Shown here piece after piece: positions 1-7,702 of a stretch of 24,000 nucleotides of DNA (positions within the stretch are counted from its first letter, which is position 1; every line of letters begins with the position of its first letter). Origin of the DNA: Aeromonas phage avDM12-TAAL; sequence record OP380604.1. One strand, written 5' to 3'. The position numbers were made by a program, and so were the translations under genes. Under the pieces are notes generated by a model, which saw nothing but the letters and a program-made list of their open reading frames with translations, was not told where the DNA came from and searched no databases.

Positions 1-2
1 AT

Positions 3-368
3 CCGAAGAAAGCACTGACCATGCCAACTGCTTCCGTTGTGTTCGAGATTACTGCCGAGCAACTGAAACAAATCGACAAATCTGCCTCTACTATGTCCCT
101 GGTAGATCTGCACTTTGTCAACGACGGTCGTAAGATTATCGCTCGTCTGACCGGCGGTGAAAGCAACTCCAACAGCTTTGAGATTGCTATTGCTGATGAC
201 TTCGAAGGCGACGACGCTACTTTTGATTTCATCGTTGCGATTGGTAACATGAAGATGATCGACGGCAAATATACCGTGATGATCGCAAAAGAAGGCGCAA
301 TCTGCTTCAAGGGTGCAACTGCAAGCTATATCATTGCAATTGACTCCAAATCCAAGTACACTGCTTAA
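3..368 (+). CDS. 45: DNA polymerase sliding clamp (T4 gp45-like), C-terminal part; gene begins upstream of the window
   Basis: Frame open to the window edge; C-terminus ATFDFIVAIGNMKMIDGKYTVMIAKEGAICFKGATASYIIAIDSKSKY resembles the T4 gp45 C-terminus (NTFNFIINMANMKM...GAAKFEGEHANYVVALE); followed directly by clamp loader genes. Confidence 0.9.
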   Translation, partial: PKKALTMPTASVVFEITAEQLKQIDKSASTMSLVDLHFVNDGRKIIARLTGGESNSNSFEIAIADDFEGDDATFDFIVAIGNMKMIDGKYTVMIAKEGAICFKGATASYIIAIDSKSKYTA

Positions 369-376
369 TAACTGTC

Positions 377-394
377 GGGGAGGGCAACCTCCCC
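377..394 (+). terminator. GC-rich hairpin downstream of the sliding clamp gene (GGGGAGG-GCAA-CCTCCCC), weak or no U-tract
   Basis: Perfect 7-bp stem with GCAA tetraloop starting 9 nt after the stop codon; followed by ACTTTAG rather than poly-T, so it may be an mRNA-stabilising hairpin rather than a terminator. Confidence 0.5.
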
Positions 395-460
395 ACTTTA
401 GAATAGTTTTGAATGCTAGTTATTCCAAACTGTTTTACCCATGCACTGAGAGACATATAA

Positions 461-1426
461 ATGACTGTGACTATCACCGATCCAAAAGAGTTTATGTGGG
501 AACAAAAGTACCGTCCTGCATTGATTTCCGAATGTATTCTTCCGTCTGCTGATATCGAACGTTTCAAAGGTATCGTTGCGACTGGCAGAATCCCTCATAT
601 CCTGCTGTTCTCCAAAAGCCCAGGTACTGGCAAAACTACCATGGCGCGTGTTCTTTGTAACGAGATCGATGCCGAAGTTATGTTTATCTCTGGTGGTAAA
701 CTGCGTATCGATGACTTGCGCAACGACCTTACCGCATTCGCGTCTACCATGACTCGCAAGCCGGGTGGCAAAGTTATCATCATCGATGAAGGCGATAACA
801 AGGGCATGAAAGCCGTTCACGAAGAACTCCGTTCTTGGATGGAAGCGTTTAGCTCGAACTGTTCTGTTATCATGACTTGCAACAACGTAGAAGCTATCCC
901 TGGTCCTCTGAAATCTCGATTCCGTCAGATTGAATTCGGTAATCCTACCGCAGACGACAAGCTCCGCATGATGAAAGAAATGATCGTACGGTGCGAAACT
1001 ATTTGCGAAATGGAAGGCGTTGTAGTAGAATCTCGTAAAGCTATCGCTGCTCTTGTGAAACAAAACTTCCCTGATCTGCGTGGCACTATCACAATGCTTG
1101 ATAGTTATGCAAAATCCGGTAAGATCGATGAAGGTGTTTTGACTAAAGCGACGCAAGCAACCGAAGACATGAACGACGTTGTTACTATGCTCAAGTCTAA
1201 AAAGCTCGGTGATGTTCGTTCGCTTGTTCCTAAGTTTACCGTTGATTATGATAGCTTTATCACCAAACTGTATGAGCGTCTTTTCGTTGAAGTTAAACCG
1301 ACTTCTCTGCGTGTGATGATCAAGCTTATTGCTGAAAATCAGAAATACGCTAACGGTATTCCGAACATGGAAATTCATCTGTTTGATCTACTTGCTGATC
1401 TCAGTATGGAAATGGAGTGGAAATAA
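461..1426 (+). CDS. 44: clamp loader large subunit (T4 gp44-like AAA+ ATPase)
   Basis: EQKYRPxxxxECILP start, Walker A SPGTGKTT, Walker B VIIIDEGD, SRFRQIEF; matches T4 gp44 architecture and position. Confidence 0.96.
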   Translation: MTVTITDPKEFMWEQKYRPALISECILPSADIERFKGIVATGRIPHILLFSKSPGTGKTTMARVLCNEIDAEVMFISGGKLRIDDLRNDLTAFASTMTRKPGGKVIIIDEGDNKGMKAVHEELRSWMEAFSSNCSVIMTCNNVEAIPGPLKSRFRQIEFGNPTADDKLRMMKEMIVRCETICEMEGVVVESRKAIAALVKQNFPDLRGTITMLDSYAKSGKIDEGVLTKATQATEDMNDVVTMLKSKKLGDVRSLVPKFTVDYDSFITKLYERLFVEVKPTSLRVMIKLIAENQKYANGIPNMEIHLFDLLADLSMEMEWK

Positions 1427-1427
1427 A

Positions 1428-2009
1428 ATGTCTCTCGCCTGTTTTATGGACGAAGAAGATTTAAACGAGCATGAGATTGCATGGCGTTCCAGGGATTGGA
1501 ACGCTGTAAAAGAGCTTGCCAAGCAGTTTAAGGTACCGGCTGAACAATCCCTGTTCGAAATAATCGATAACGTTACACAGAAGCGGGGACACGGCACAGT
1601 TGATCGATTCTCTGATTACGATCAACATGCAATAAACAATGCTCTGTCCCAGCATGTTACCATGAGTGGTTATGCTTCTGAACTGAATTCTATGGAAGGG
1701 TTTATTAGCGATCAGATGCATTACGATTACCTGTATTTTACTGTTCGGAAGTGTAGTCTACCGAAAGTAAAGTTCGCTAAACTCACGGACGATTGGGAAC
1801 AAAGAGTATTCGAATACCTTGTTTCTGATTATTACGAGGTCTCGATTCCACGAGCCAGAGAATATATTGATTATTTTTCTGATGAACAAATCAAACGGTT
1901 AAAGAAAATGTTTTCTCCTACCGTTAATGACGTCAACGCCCGTTGCTTGACTGTTATCCCAACTAAAACTGAGCGCGAAAAAATTCAACGCGCTATCCGA
2001 TCTTGGTAA
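1428..2009 (+). CDS. 62: clamp loader small subunit (T4 gp62-like); start revised from 1329 to ATG 1428
   Basis: MSLACFMDEEDLNEHEIAWRSRDWNAVKELA resembles T4 gp62 MSLFKDDIQLNEHQVAWYSKDWTAVQSAA; ATG lies 1 nt after the gp44 stop. Confidence 0.93.
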   Translation: MSLACFMDEEDLNEHEIAWRSRDWNAVKELAKQFKVPAEQSLFEIIDNVTQKRGHGTVDRFSDYDQHAINNALSQHVTMSGYASELNSMEGFISDQMHYDYLYFTVRKCSLPKVKFAKLTDDWEQRVFEYLVSDYYEVSIPRAREYIDYFSDEQIKRLKKMFSPTVNDVNARCLTVIPTKTEREKIQRAIRSW

Positions 2010-2018
2010 AAGGACATA

Positions 2019-2387
2019 ATGAAAATGATGCTACAAATTCAACTGAAAAAAGACGAAGACTTCCTGAAAATCCGCGAAACTCTGACCCGTATCGGTATCG
2101 CGAACAACGTAGAAAAGCGACTGTATCAAAGCTGTCACATTCTTCAAAAACAAGGCAAGTATTACATCGTTCACTTCAAGGAACTGCTCCAGCTCGACGG
2201 CCGTCAAGTGGAAATCAGCCAAGAAGATATCGACCGTCGTAACGATATCGCGGTGTTGCTGAAAGAATGGGGAATGTGTGATATCGTGAGTGAGCACAAC
2301 GCACCAGGCAACAACTTCTTCCGCGTGATCTCTCACAAAGAGAAAGCTAACTGGACTCTGGTACACAAATACAAGTTCGGCTCTTAA
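2019..2387 (+). CDS. regA: RegA-like translational repressor
   Basis: EDFLKIRETLTRIGIANNVEKRLYQSCHILQKQGKYYIVHFKELLQLDGRQVEI is nearly collinear with T4 RegA; AAGGA Shine-Dalgarno upstream; position between gp62 and gp43. Confidence 0.97.
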   Translation: MKMMLQIQLKKDEDFLKIRETLTRIGIANNVEKRLYQSCHILQKQGKYYIVHFKELLQLDGRQVEISQEDIDRRNDIAVLLKEWGMCDIVSEHNAPGNNFFRVISHKEKANWTLVHKYKFGS

Positions 2388-2395
2388 TACAAACG

Positions 2396-2421
2396 GCGCT
2401 CTTGACAACACTCAAGAGCGC
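2396..2421 (+). repeat. perfect inverted repeat GCGCTCTTGA-CAACAC-TCAAGAGCGC overlapping the gene 43 promoter
   Basis: 10-bp perfect stem, 6-nt loop; contains the -35 box and part of the spacer. Confidence 0.85.
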
Positions 2422-2430
2422 ATTTATAAT
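2402..2430 (+). promoter_or_regulatory. sigma70-type promoter TTGACA-17-TATAAT upstream of gene 43
   Basis: Exact consensus -35 (2402-2407), 17-nt spacer, exact consensus -10 (2425-2430) in the regA/43 intergenic region. Confidence 0.85.
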
Positions 2431-2457
2431 CAACTTTCATTTTGTGAGAGGTTTATT

Positions 2458-2574
2458 ATGAATGTTTCACCTAAGATGCGACCCCTGAAAGGCGCACTGA
2501 CAAGAGGTAGTAAGTTTGTTTTATACCAACGTATGTATTCAAGGCAATACTGTTCTGGAACGTTATGTCGATGA
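2458..2574 (+). other. candidate 38-codon leader ORF (MNVSPKMRPLKGALTRGSKFVLYQRMYSRQYCSGTLCR) overlapping the start of DNA polymerase
   Basis: ATG with GAGAGG Shine-Dalgarno at suitable spacing; overlaps the polymerase ORF in another frame. Translation not proven. Confidence 0.35.
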
Positions 2575-5275
2575 TAACGGTATCAGTCGAAGTCGAAAAG
2601 TTAACTTTGGCCCAACGCTGTACAAGCATAGCAACAACGGCGAGTTGAAAGACATTTACGGAAAGCCAGCTACGGCAGTTGAGTTCGATAGCATTGGCGA
2701 TGCCAGACGCTGGATGAAAGATATGCGAGACATTAATCGCGAGCCACTTGGCATGGACGATTTTGTTCTCCAATATCTGTATCACACCTATAGCGGTCCA
2801 GTTTCGTTCAAGTATGAGCAAATTGATATTGCGTTTGTGGATATCGAGGTCCCGACTGACGGACCATTCCCCGAACCTCATATCTGTGACTGGGAAATTG
2901 ACGGCATCTGCCACTACAGCACAAAACGCAAACGGTATTCACTGTTTACTACTCGTCCGTGGGACAAGGCCAAATCGATTCTTGATAAAGACGACAAGGG
3001 TAACGCTGTTGATATCTTAGAGCGTGTGGATTACGTGTTCTGTGAGTCTGAGCGCGAGCTTTTGATCCGGTATCTCAAGTTCTTTAGAGACAACACCCCG
3101 GATGTTTTCTCCGGTTGGAACTCTGAAATGTTCGACTTGCGTTATATCGTAAACCGGTATCGTAAAGTTCTTGGTGATGTATATGCGAACAAGCTTAGTC
3201 CTTGGGAACAAATCATCGAGCGTACTGTTTTCAAAGACGACGACGAAGGTGAAGAAGCCGAAGAGATCGTGACGTATGAATTGCTTGGCATTGCTTGTCT
3301 CGATTACATGGCAGCTTACAAGAAATTCACGTTTAAGACTCGTCCGACTTACAAGTTGGATTACATCGGTCAGATTGAACTCGGCATGAAAAAGCTGGAT
3401 CTTACCGAGAAAACATACTTGGCATTCAGTCAGAAAAACCCACAGAAATATATCGACTATCTTATCCGAGACGTTGATTTGTTGGTTAAACTTGACGCTC
3501 GTTTGTCTTTGATGGCGCTGATTACCAGCGTAAGTTATTACGCAAAGATCAACTATAACAACACCTTTAGTCCTTTGAAGACTTGGGACGCGATCATTCA
3601 TAACAGTCTGATTGAACAGGGTATTGTTGTGCCAGAAAACAAGCGTACTTCTAAAGTCAAGTATGCGGGCGCGTTTGTTAAAGACCCAGTTACGGCGTTT
3701 TATCGCTGGATTCTGAGTTTCGACTTAACATCCCTGTATCCACACTTGATCATGGGTTGGAACATTAGCCCAGAGACTATTGTTGATTGCTATGATGTTC
3801 CTCGCATTTTCGTGAAAGACCGCATGGTGCCAGATATCGTTGGCATGGGACTTGTTGACAAGAAATTCCAAGTTCCAAATGATGATATGTCATTCGCTGC
3901 TAACGGGATGCGTTACACCAGAAAGAAACGTGGTATTATCCCGACTGAAATCGAAAAAGTGTTCTTGCAGCGTAAAGCCGCGAAGAATGCCGAGTTTACA
4001 GCGGATAAGATTGCGACAATCGCTTGGGATACAATCGTTGACCGCAAAGATAATAATATCGCAGATACCAATATTGAGTTCGACGCACACGGCATTGATC
4101 TCTCTATTAAGGGAGAAGCGTTTGATAATTTCGTCGCGAATCTGAAAACGTTCAACAACGAATCTCTACATGGCATCGTTGATTACTGCCGATTCATGGA
4201 GAAACTCGAAAACGTTAACCAACAAGCACGTAAGGTACTTATCAACTCACTTTATGGTGCATTGGGCAACGAACACTTCCGTTATTATGACGTTCGAAAT
4301 GCAGAAGCGATTACCATGAGTGGTCAATTTGCGATTCGTTGGATCATGCGGAAGATGAATGAATACATGAATGCGCTGTGTCAGACTAAAGACGTGGATT
4401 ATGTCGTTTACGGCGATACTGACTCCATTTATCTGACGTTTGAAAAGTTCGTTAATCTCATGGCAGCGAAGAAGGGTATTCAAGTCGGTGACATTGAAAC
4501 TATTCGTTGGGTAGATTTCCTTGCTAAGTTTGCCAAAGAGAAATGTGAGCCGTATATCGATCAAAGCTATCGCGAACTCGCAGAATATGTCCAGTGTTAT
4601 GATCACAAGCTGTTCATGGACCGAGAAATCATCGCTGATACTGCTTTCTGGACTGCTAAAAAGCGGTACGCTGCTAACGTGTGGGACTCAGAAGGTAAGC
4701 GCAAGCTTGACGAACACGGTAACGTTGTTCCGAAGTTGAAGATCATGGGCATTGAAACTCAACGTTCTAGCACACCGGTATTCGCTGGTAAATCGCTGGA
4801 GAAGAGTATCAAGCTGATCCTGACTAAGGGTGAGAAGGCAATGCAAGACTACGTTAAGGAAGTCAAGGCCGAGTATCCCAAGCGCGATTATCGAGAGATT
4901 GCGGCAGTATCGAGTGCAAACAACATCGAAAAGAATCACAACAACTGGGTACCGGTTAAAGGTTGTCCGGGTCACATCAAGGGAGCACTCGCTTACAACA
5001 AAGTGGCAGAGCAGCGAAACCTTGACATGATTCGAAGCGGCGAGAAAATCCAGATCGTGATGTTGAAAGAGCCGAATCATATTCATTCTCCGGTACTTGC
5101 TTTCCCGAGTGGTGACAAGATTCCAGATGAATTTAATCTTGATTTGTCTAAATATCTCGATTTCATGGGCATGTATCAAAAGCATTACCTGAAACCACTC
5201 GAAAATATCTGTAATGCGATTGGCTGGGAAACTGAGAAAGTATCCAGTCTGTCTGATCTTTTCGGTGATATGTAG
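2516..5275 (+). CDS. 43: family B DNA polymerase (T4 gp43-like), apparent TTG start
   Basis: Exonuclease motif AFVDIEV, polymerase motifs SFDLTSLYPHLIMGWNISPETI and YGDTDSIY; N-terminus FYTNVCIQGNTVLERYVDDNG aligns with T4 FYISIETVGNNIVERYIDENG; GAGG 8 nt upstream of the TTG. Confidence 0.97.
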   Translation: MFYTNVCIQGNTVLERYVDDNGISRSRKVNFGPTLYKHSNNGELKDIYGKPATAVEFDSIGDARRWMKDMRDINREPLGMDDFVLQYLYHTYSGPVSFKYEQIDIAFVDIEVPTDGPFPEPHICDWEIDGICHYSTKRKRYSLFTTRPWDKAKSILDKDDKGNAVDILERVDYVFCESERELLIRYLKFFRDNTPDVFSGWNSEMFDLRYIVNRYRKVLGDVYANKLSPWEQIIERTVFKDDDEGEEAEEIVTYELLGIACLDYMAAYKKFTFKTRPTYKLDYIGQIELGMKKLDLTEKTYLAFSQKNPQKYIDYLIRDVDLLVKLDARLSLMALITSVSYYAKINYNNTFSPLKTWDAIIHNSLIEQGIVVPENKRTSKVKYAGAFVKDPVTAFYRWILSFDLTSLYPHLIMGWNISPETIVDCYDVPRIFVKDRMVPDIVGMGLVDKKFQVPNDDMSFAANGMRYTRKKRGIIPTEIEKVFLQRKAAKNAEFTADKIATIAWDTIVDRKDNNIADTNIEFDAHGIDLSIKGEAFDNFVANLKTFNNESLHGIVDYCRFMEKLENVNQQARKVLINSLYGALGNEHFRYYDVRNAEAITMSGQFAIRWIMRKMNEYMNALCQTKDVDYVVYGDTDSIYLTFEKFVNLMAAKKGIQVGDIETIRWVDFLAKFAKEKCEPYIDQSYRELAEYVQCYDHKLFMDREIIADTAFWTAKKRYAANVWDSEGKRKLDEHGNVVPKLKIMGIETQRSSTPVFAGKSLEKSIKLILTKGEKAMQDYVKEVKAEYPKRDYREIAAVSSANNIEKNHNNWVPVKGCPGHIKGALAYNKVAEQRNLDMIRSGEKIQIVMLKEPNHIHSPVLAFPSGDKIPDEFNLDLSKYLDFMGMYQKHYLKPLENICNAIGWETEKVSSLSDLFGDM

Positions 5276-5304
5276 TTTATAAACATTCGGGGCTATGAGA
5301 TAAT
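5276..5304 (+). promoter_or_regulatory. weak sigma70-like promoter TTTATA-17-GATAAT upstream of uvsX
   Basis: Spacing 17 nt, imperfect hexamers, located at the start of the 43/uvsX intergenic region. Confidence 0.45.
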
Positions 5305-5310
5305 AGCCCC
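5289..5310 (+). repeat. inverted repeat GGGGCTAT-GAGATA-ATAGCCCC between gene 43 and uvsX
   Basis: Perfect 8-bp stem, 6-nt loop, no clear U-tract; overlaps a candidate -10 element GATAAT. Confidence 0.75.
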
Positions 5311-5334
5311 ATATCAGTGAGGTGAGAGAATACA

Positions 5335-5421
5335 ATGATTAGTATGAAATCTAAAATCGTAACAAGAGGCAAAACTGAAAAATGGCGAAAGGTATTAAAA
5401 CTGCGAAAACTGGTAACTTAG
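5335..5421 (+). other. candidate 28-codon leader ORF (MISMKSKIVTRGKTEKWRKVLKLRKLVT) overlapping the uvsX start
   Basis: ATG preceded by GGTGAGAG; basic peptide; overlaps uvsX in another frame. Confidence 0.3.
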
Positions 5422-6617
5422 GCAATCTGATGTCCAAACTGGCAGGCACATCAAGTAATAAAATGAGTGCCGTGCTGGCAGAAAGTAAATTCTTCAATGA
5501 TAAGGACAGTGTTCGAACCCGTGTTCCTCTGCTGAACTTGGCAATGAGTGGTGAACTTGACGGTGGATTGGCACCTGGCTTGACTGTACTGGCTGGTCCT
5601 TCTAAGCACTTCAAATCAAACCTGTCTCTGGTATTCGTTGCTGCTTATATGCGCAAATATCCAGACGCGGTATGTATTTTCTTTGACAACGAATTCGGCT
5701 CGACTCCTGGTTATTTCGCATCGCAGGGTGTAGATATCTCCCGTGTTATTCATTGTCCGTTTAAGAACATCGAAGAACTGAAATTCGATATCGTTAAGAA
5801 GCTGGAAGCAATTGAGCGCGGTGATCGTGTTATTGTGTTCATTGACTCGATTGGTAACGCTGCATCCAAGAAAGAGATTGACGACGCGATTGACGAAAAA
5901 TCTGTGTCTGATATGACCCGAGCAAAACAGATCAAATCTCTGACTCGAATCATGACTCCTTACTTGACTGTTAATGATATTCCTGCGATCATGGTTGCAC
6001 ATACCTACGATACCCAAGAAATGTACTCCAAGAAAGTTGTTTCCGGTGGTACTGGTATCACTTACTCCGCTGATACCGTTATCATTATCGGTCGTCAACA
6101 AGAGAAAGACGGCAAAGAGCTGCTGGGTTATAACTTTGTTCTGAACATGGAGAAATCCCGTTTCGTCAAAGAGCAATCTAAATTGCCGCTTGAAGTAACT
6201 TTCCAAGGTGGTATCAATACTTATTCTGGTATGCTTGATATTGCACTTGATGTTGGCTTTGTTGTTAAACCTTCGAACGGTTGGTTTAGTCGTGCATTCT
6301 TGGACGAAGAAACCGGCGAGCTGATTGAAGAAGAACGCAAGTGGCGCCGTGCAGATACCAACTGTCTTGAATTCTGGAAGCCTTTGTTTGCTCATGAGCC
6401 GTTTAAACGAGCTTGCTCCGATGCATACAAACTGAAATCCGTTGCAGTCAAAGACGAAGTTTTTGATGAAGTTGATGAACTGTTTAGTGGTGAAGCTGAA
6501 CTGCCTGTTAATATGGGACGCAAGCTTGAAACCGCGGATCAAGACGAACTCGATCAACTGGAAGAAGTGGACGTAGAAGGCTCCGATGCCGACGAACTGT
6601 TCGCTAATCTGGACTAA
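5382..6617 (+). CDS. uvsX: UvsX-like RecA-family recombinase
   Basis: Walker-A-like GPSKHFKSN, FFDNEFGSTPGYF, VIVFIDSIGN, TYDTQEMYSKKVVSGGTGI; position between 43 and 41. Confidence 0.95.
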   Translation: MAKGIKTAKTGNLGNLMSKLAGTSSNKMSAVLAESKFFNDKDSVRTRVPLLNLAMSGELDGGLAPGLTVLAGPSKHFKSNLSLVFVAAYMRKYPDAVCIFFDNEFGSTPGYFASQGVDISRVIHCPFKNIEELKFDIVKKLEAIERGDRVIVFIDSIGNAASKKEIDDAIDEKSVSDMTRAKQIKSLTRIMTPYLTVNDIPAIMVAHTYDTQEMYSKKVVSGGTGITYSADTVIIIGRQQEKDGKELLGYNFVLNMEKSRFVKEQSKLPLEVTFQGGINTYSGMLDIALDVGFVVKPSNGWFSRAFLDEETGELIEEERKWRRADTNCLEFWKPLFAHEPFKRACSDAYKLKSVAVKDEVFDEVDELFSGEAELPVNMGRKLETADQDELDQLEEVDVEGSDADELFANLD

Positions 6618-6622
6618 AAACA

Positions 6623-6644
6623 AAAGAGGGCTTCGGCCCTCTTT
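6623..6644 (+). terminator. intrinsic-type hairpin after uvsX (AAAGAGGGC-TTCG-GCCCTCTTT)
   Basis: Perfect 9-bp stem with UUCG tetraloop, downstream ACTTTT. Confidence 0.85.
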
Positions 6645-6670
6645 ACTTTTATGTAAGACTCTGATAATCT
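6642..6670 (+). promoter_or_regulatory. sigma70-like promoter TTTACT-17-TAATCT upstream of the 241-aa ORF
   Basis: Spacing 17; overlaps the 3' edge of the uvsX terminator. Confidence 0.5.
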
Positions 6671-6695
6671 GGTACTATCTTATCAAGGAGAGATT

Positions 6696-7421
6696 ATGAA
6701 AATCGATCTGCAAAAAGTTCACACCGCTGTGTTCGCTAACGGTGAGCGTAGAGACGGCAAGCTTATCGATCTCGTCAAGTCCACAAATCGACTGTGGAAA
6801 TTCGGGACGCATTTACACGTTGGTACTTACTCCAAGTTTTACCACGAAATTCGCGACGGCATCGATAAAAACGGATTTCACGTTCATGACGGATATCGTT
6901 TGACTGGGCTTGTGTATCGTAAAGAAAATTTTGCTGGACGAGAAAGCTGGTTTGATATTTTCAAAGGGTTTTCTACCTGCGCTGGTATCATTCTCGGTGA
7001 CATGGACAGAGTGATTGATCCTGTTCTGATCTTGCGTGAATACGACAAACAAGTTAAGCCAAAGACTCGTCAGTGGAATGATCGTGGCGCTCGTAAACAT
7101 GCTTATGGTAGCCGAAATCGTCACATTTTCGGTAAAATGTTTGCCTATATCGAGTCAAAGCGCAAACAAGATACCAGCTATAGTGATTATGAGCGAGAGC
7201 TGGATATGGAGTATTACGACGACGGTATCTATGATCAGTGTCTTGAGCCGTGGTGTGATGTTCATGTTCCTCAGATTCGCCGTAACAGTCTCGTTGATGC
7301 TTTCATGCATCGAGAGCGTTGGTGGGACAATGCAGGTCGATCTGTTGAAAAGAGCTGGAAATATCAGAGCAAACGGAGACACCAATGGAAGCCCAAGAAA
7401 GAAATTATCGAGACGTACTAG
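6696..7421 (+). CDS. hypothetical protein, 241 aa, aromatic/basic-rich C-terminus
   Basis: ATG with AAGGAGAG Shine-Dalgarno; in-series with neighbours; no family recognised. Confidence 0.85.
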   Translation: MKIDLQKVHTAVFANGERRDGKLIDLVKSTNRLWKFGTHLHVGTYSKFYHEIRDGIDKNGFHVHDGYRLTGLVYRKENFAGRESWFDIFKGFSTCAGIILGDMDRVIDPVLILREYDKQVKPKTRQWNDRGARKHAYGSRNRHIFGKMFAYIESKRKQDTSYSDYERELDMEYYDDGIYDQCLEPWCDVHVPQIRRNSLVDAFMHRERWWDNAGRSVEKSWKYQSKRRHQWKPKKEIIETY

Positions 7422-7702
7422 AAGACGCATTAAAAGCAGTTAAGCAAGAGCTTGTTATTCTTGTTGACGGCAATCCGTTCATCGTGTATATTCACGATCT
7501 AACGTATATTAACGGACAAGTTCACATCGACTGGTCCACTCCCCATAGTGAAGAAGAGATAATGAAAGATGAATTATTCAAACATGTTCAAGCCGCTATA
7601 CAAGCGCAAATCAAAGAAGGTAGTGAATGTCAATCGAACAATCTATTCTCACGAATCTCCTTGTTTCTGAGGAATACTTTCGTCAAGTCTTCCCGTTCTT
7701 AA
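7385..7702 (+). CDS. small protein in the gp40 position (between uvsX and gp41); possible T4 gp40-like head vertex assembly chaperone
   Basis: 105-aa ORF; overlaps the upstream ORF by 37 nt and gp41 by 76 nt; motif ELVILVDGNPFIVYIHDLTYINGQVHIDW; assignment mainly positional. Confidence 0.55.
   Translation: MEAQERNYRDVLEDALKAVKQELVILVDGNPFIVYIHDLTYINGQVHIDWSTPHSEEEIMKDELFKHVQAAIQAQIKEGSECQSNNLFSRISLFLRNTFVKSSRS

Noticed and set aside
369-460. Promoter between gp45 and gp44 (TAGAAT at 399-404)
   Set aside because: No acceptable -35 at 15-19 nt; T4-style cotranscription of 45-44-62 is more likely.
416-1378. 320-aa minus-strand ORF opposite gp44
   Set aside because: Fully antisense to a confident T4-like core gene; no recognisable family; typical shadow ORF.
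1329-1427. N-terminal extension of the gp62 ORF as given in the track
   Set aside because: ATG 1428 immediately after the gp44 stop gives the conserved MSL... N-terminus; the upstream part is an open frame inside gp44.
2003-2242. 79-aa plus-strand ORF overlapping regA
   Set aside because: Out-of-frame with the unmistakable RegA protein; highly biased R/S/P content.
5616-6623. 335-aa minus-strand ORF opposite uvsX
   Set aside because: Antisense shadow of uvsX, cysteine/phenylalanine-rich noise composition, runs into the terminator.
7036-7443. 135-aa plus-strand ORF overlapping the 241-aa ORF
   Set aside because: Alternative frame of a gene with better SD and start; sequence not protein-like.
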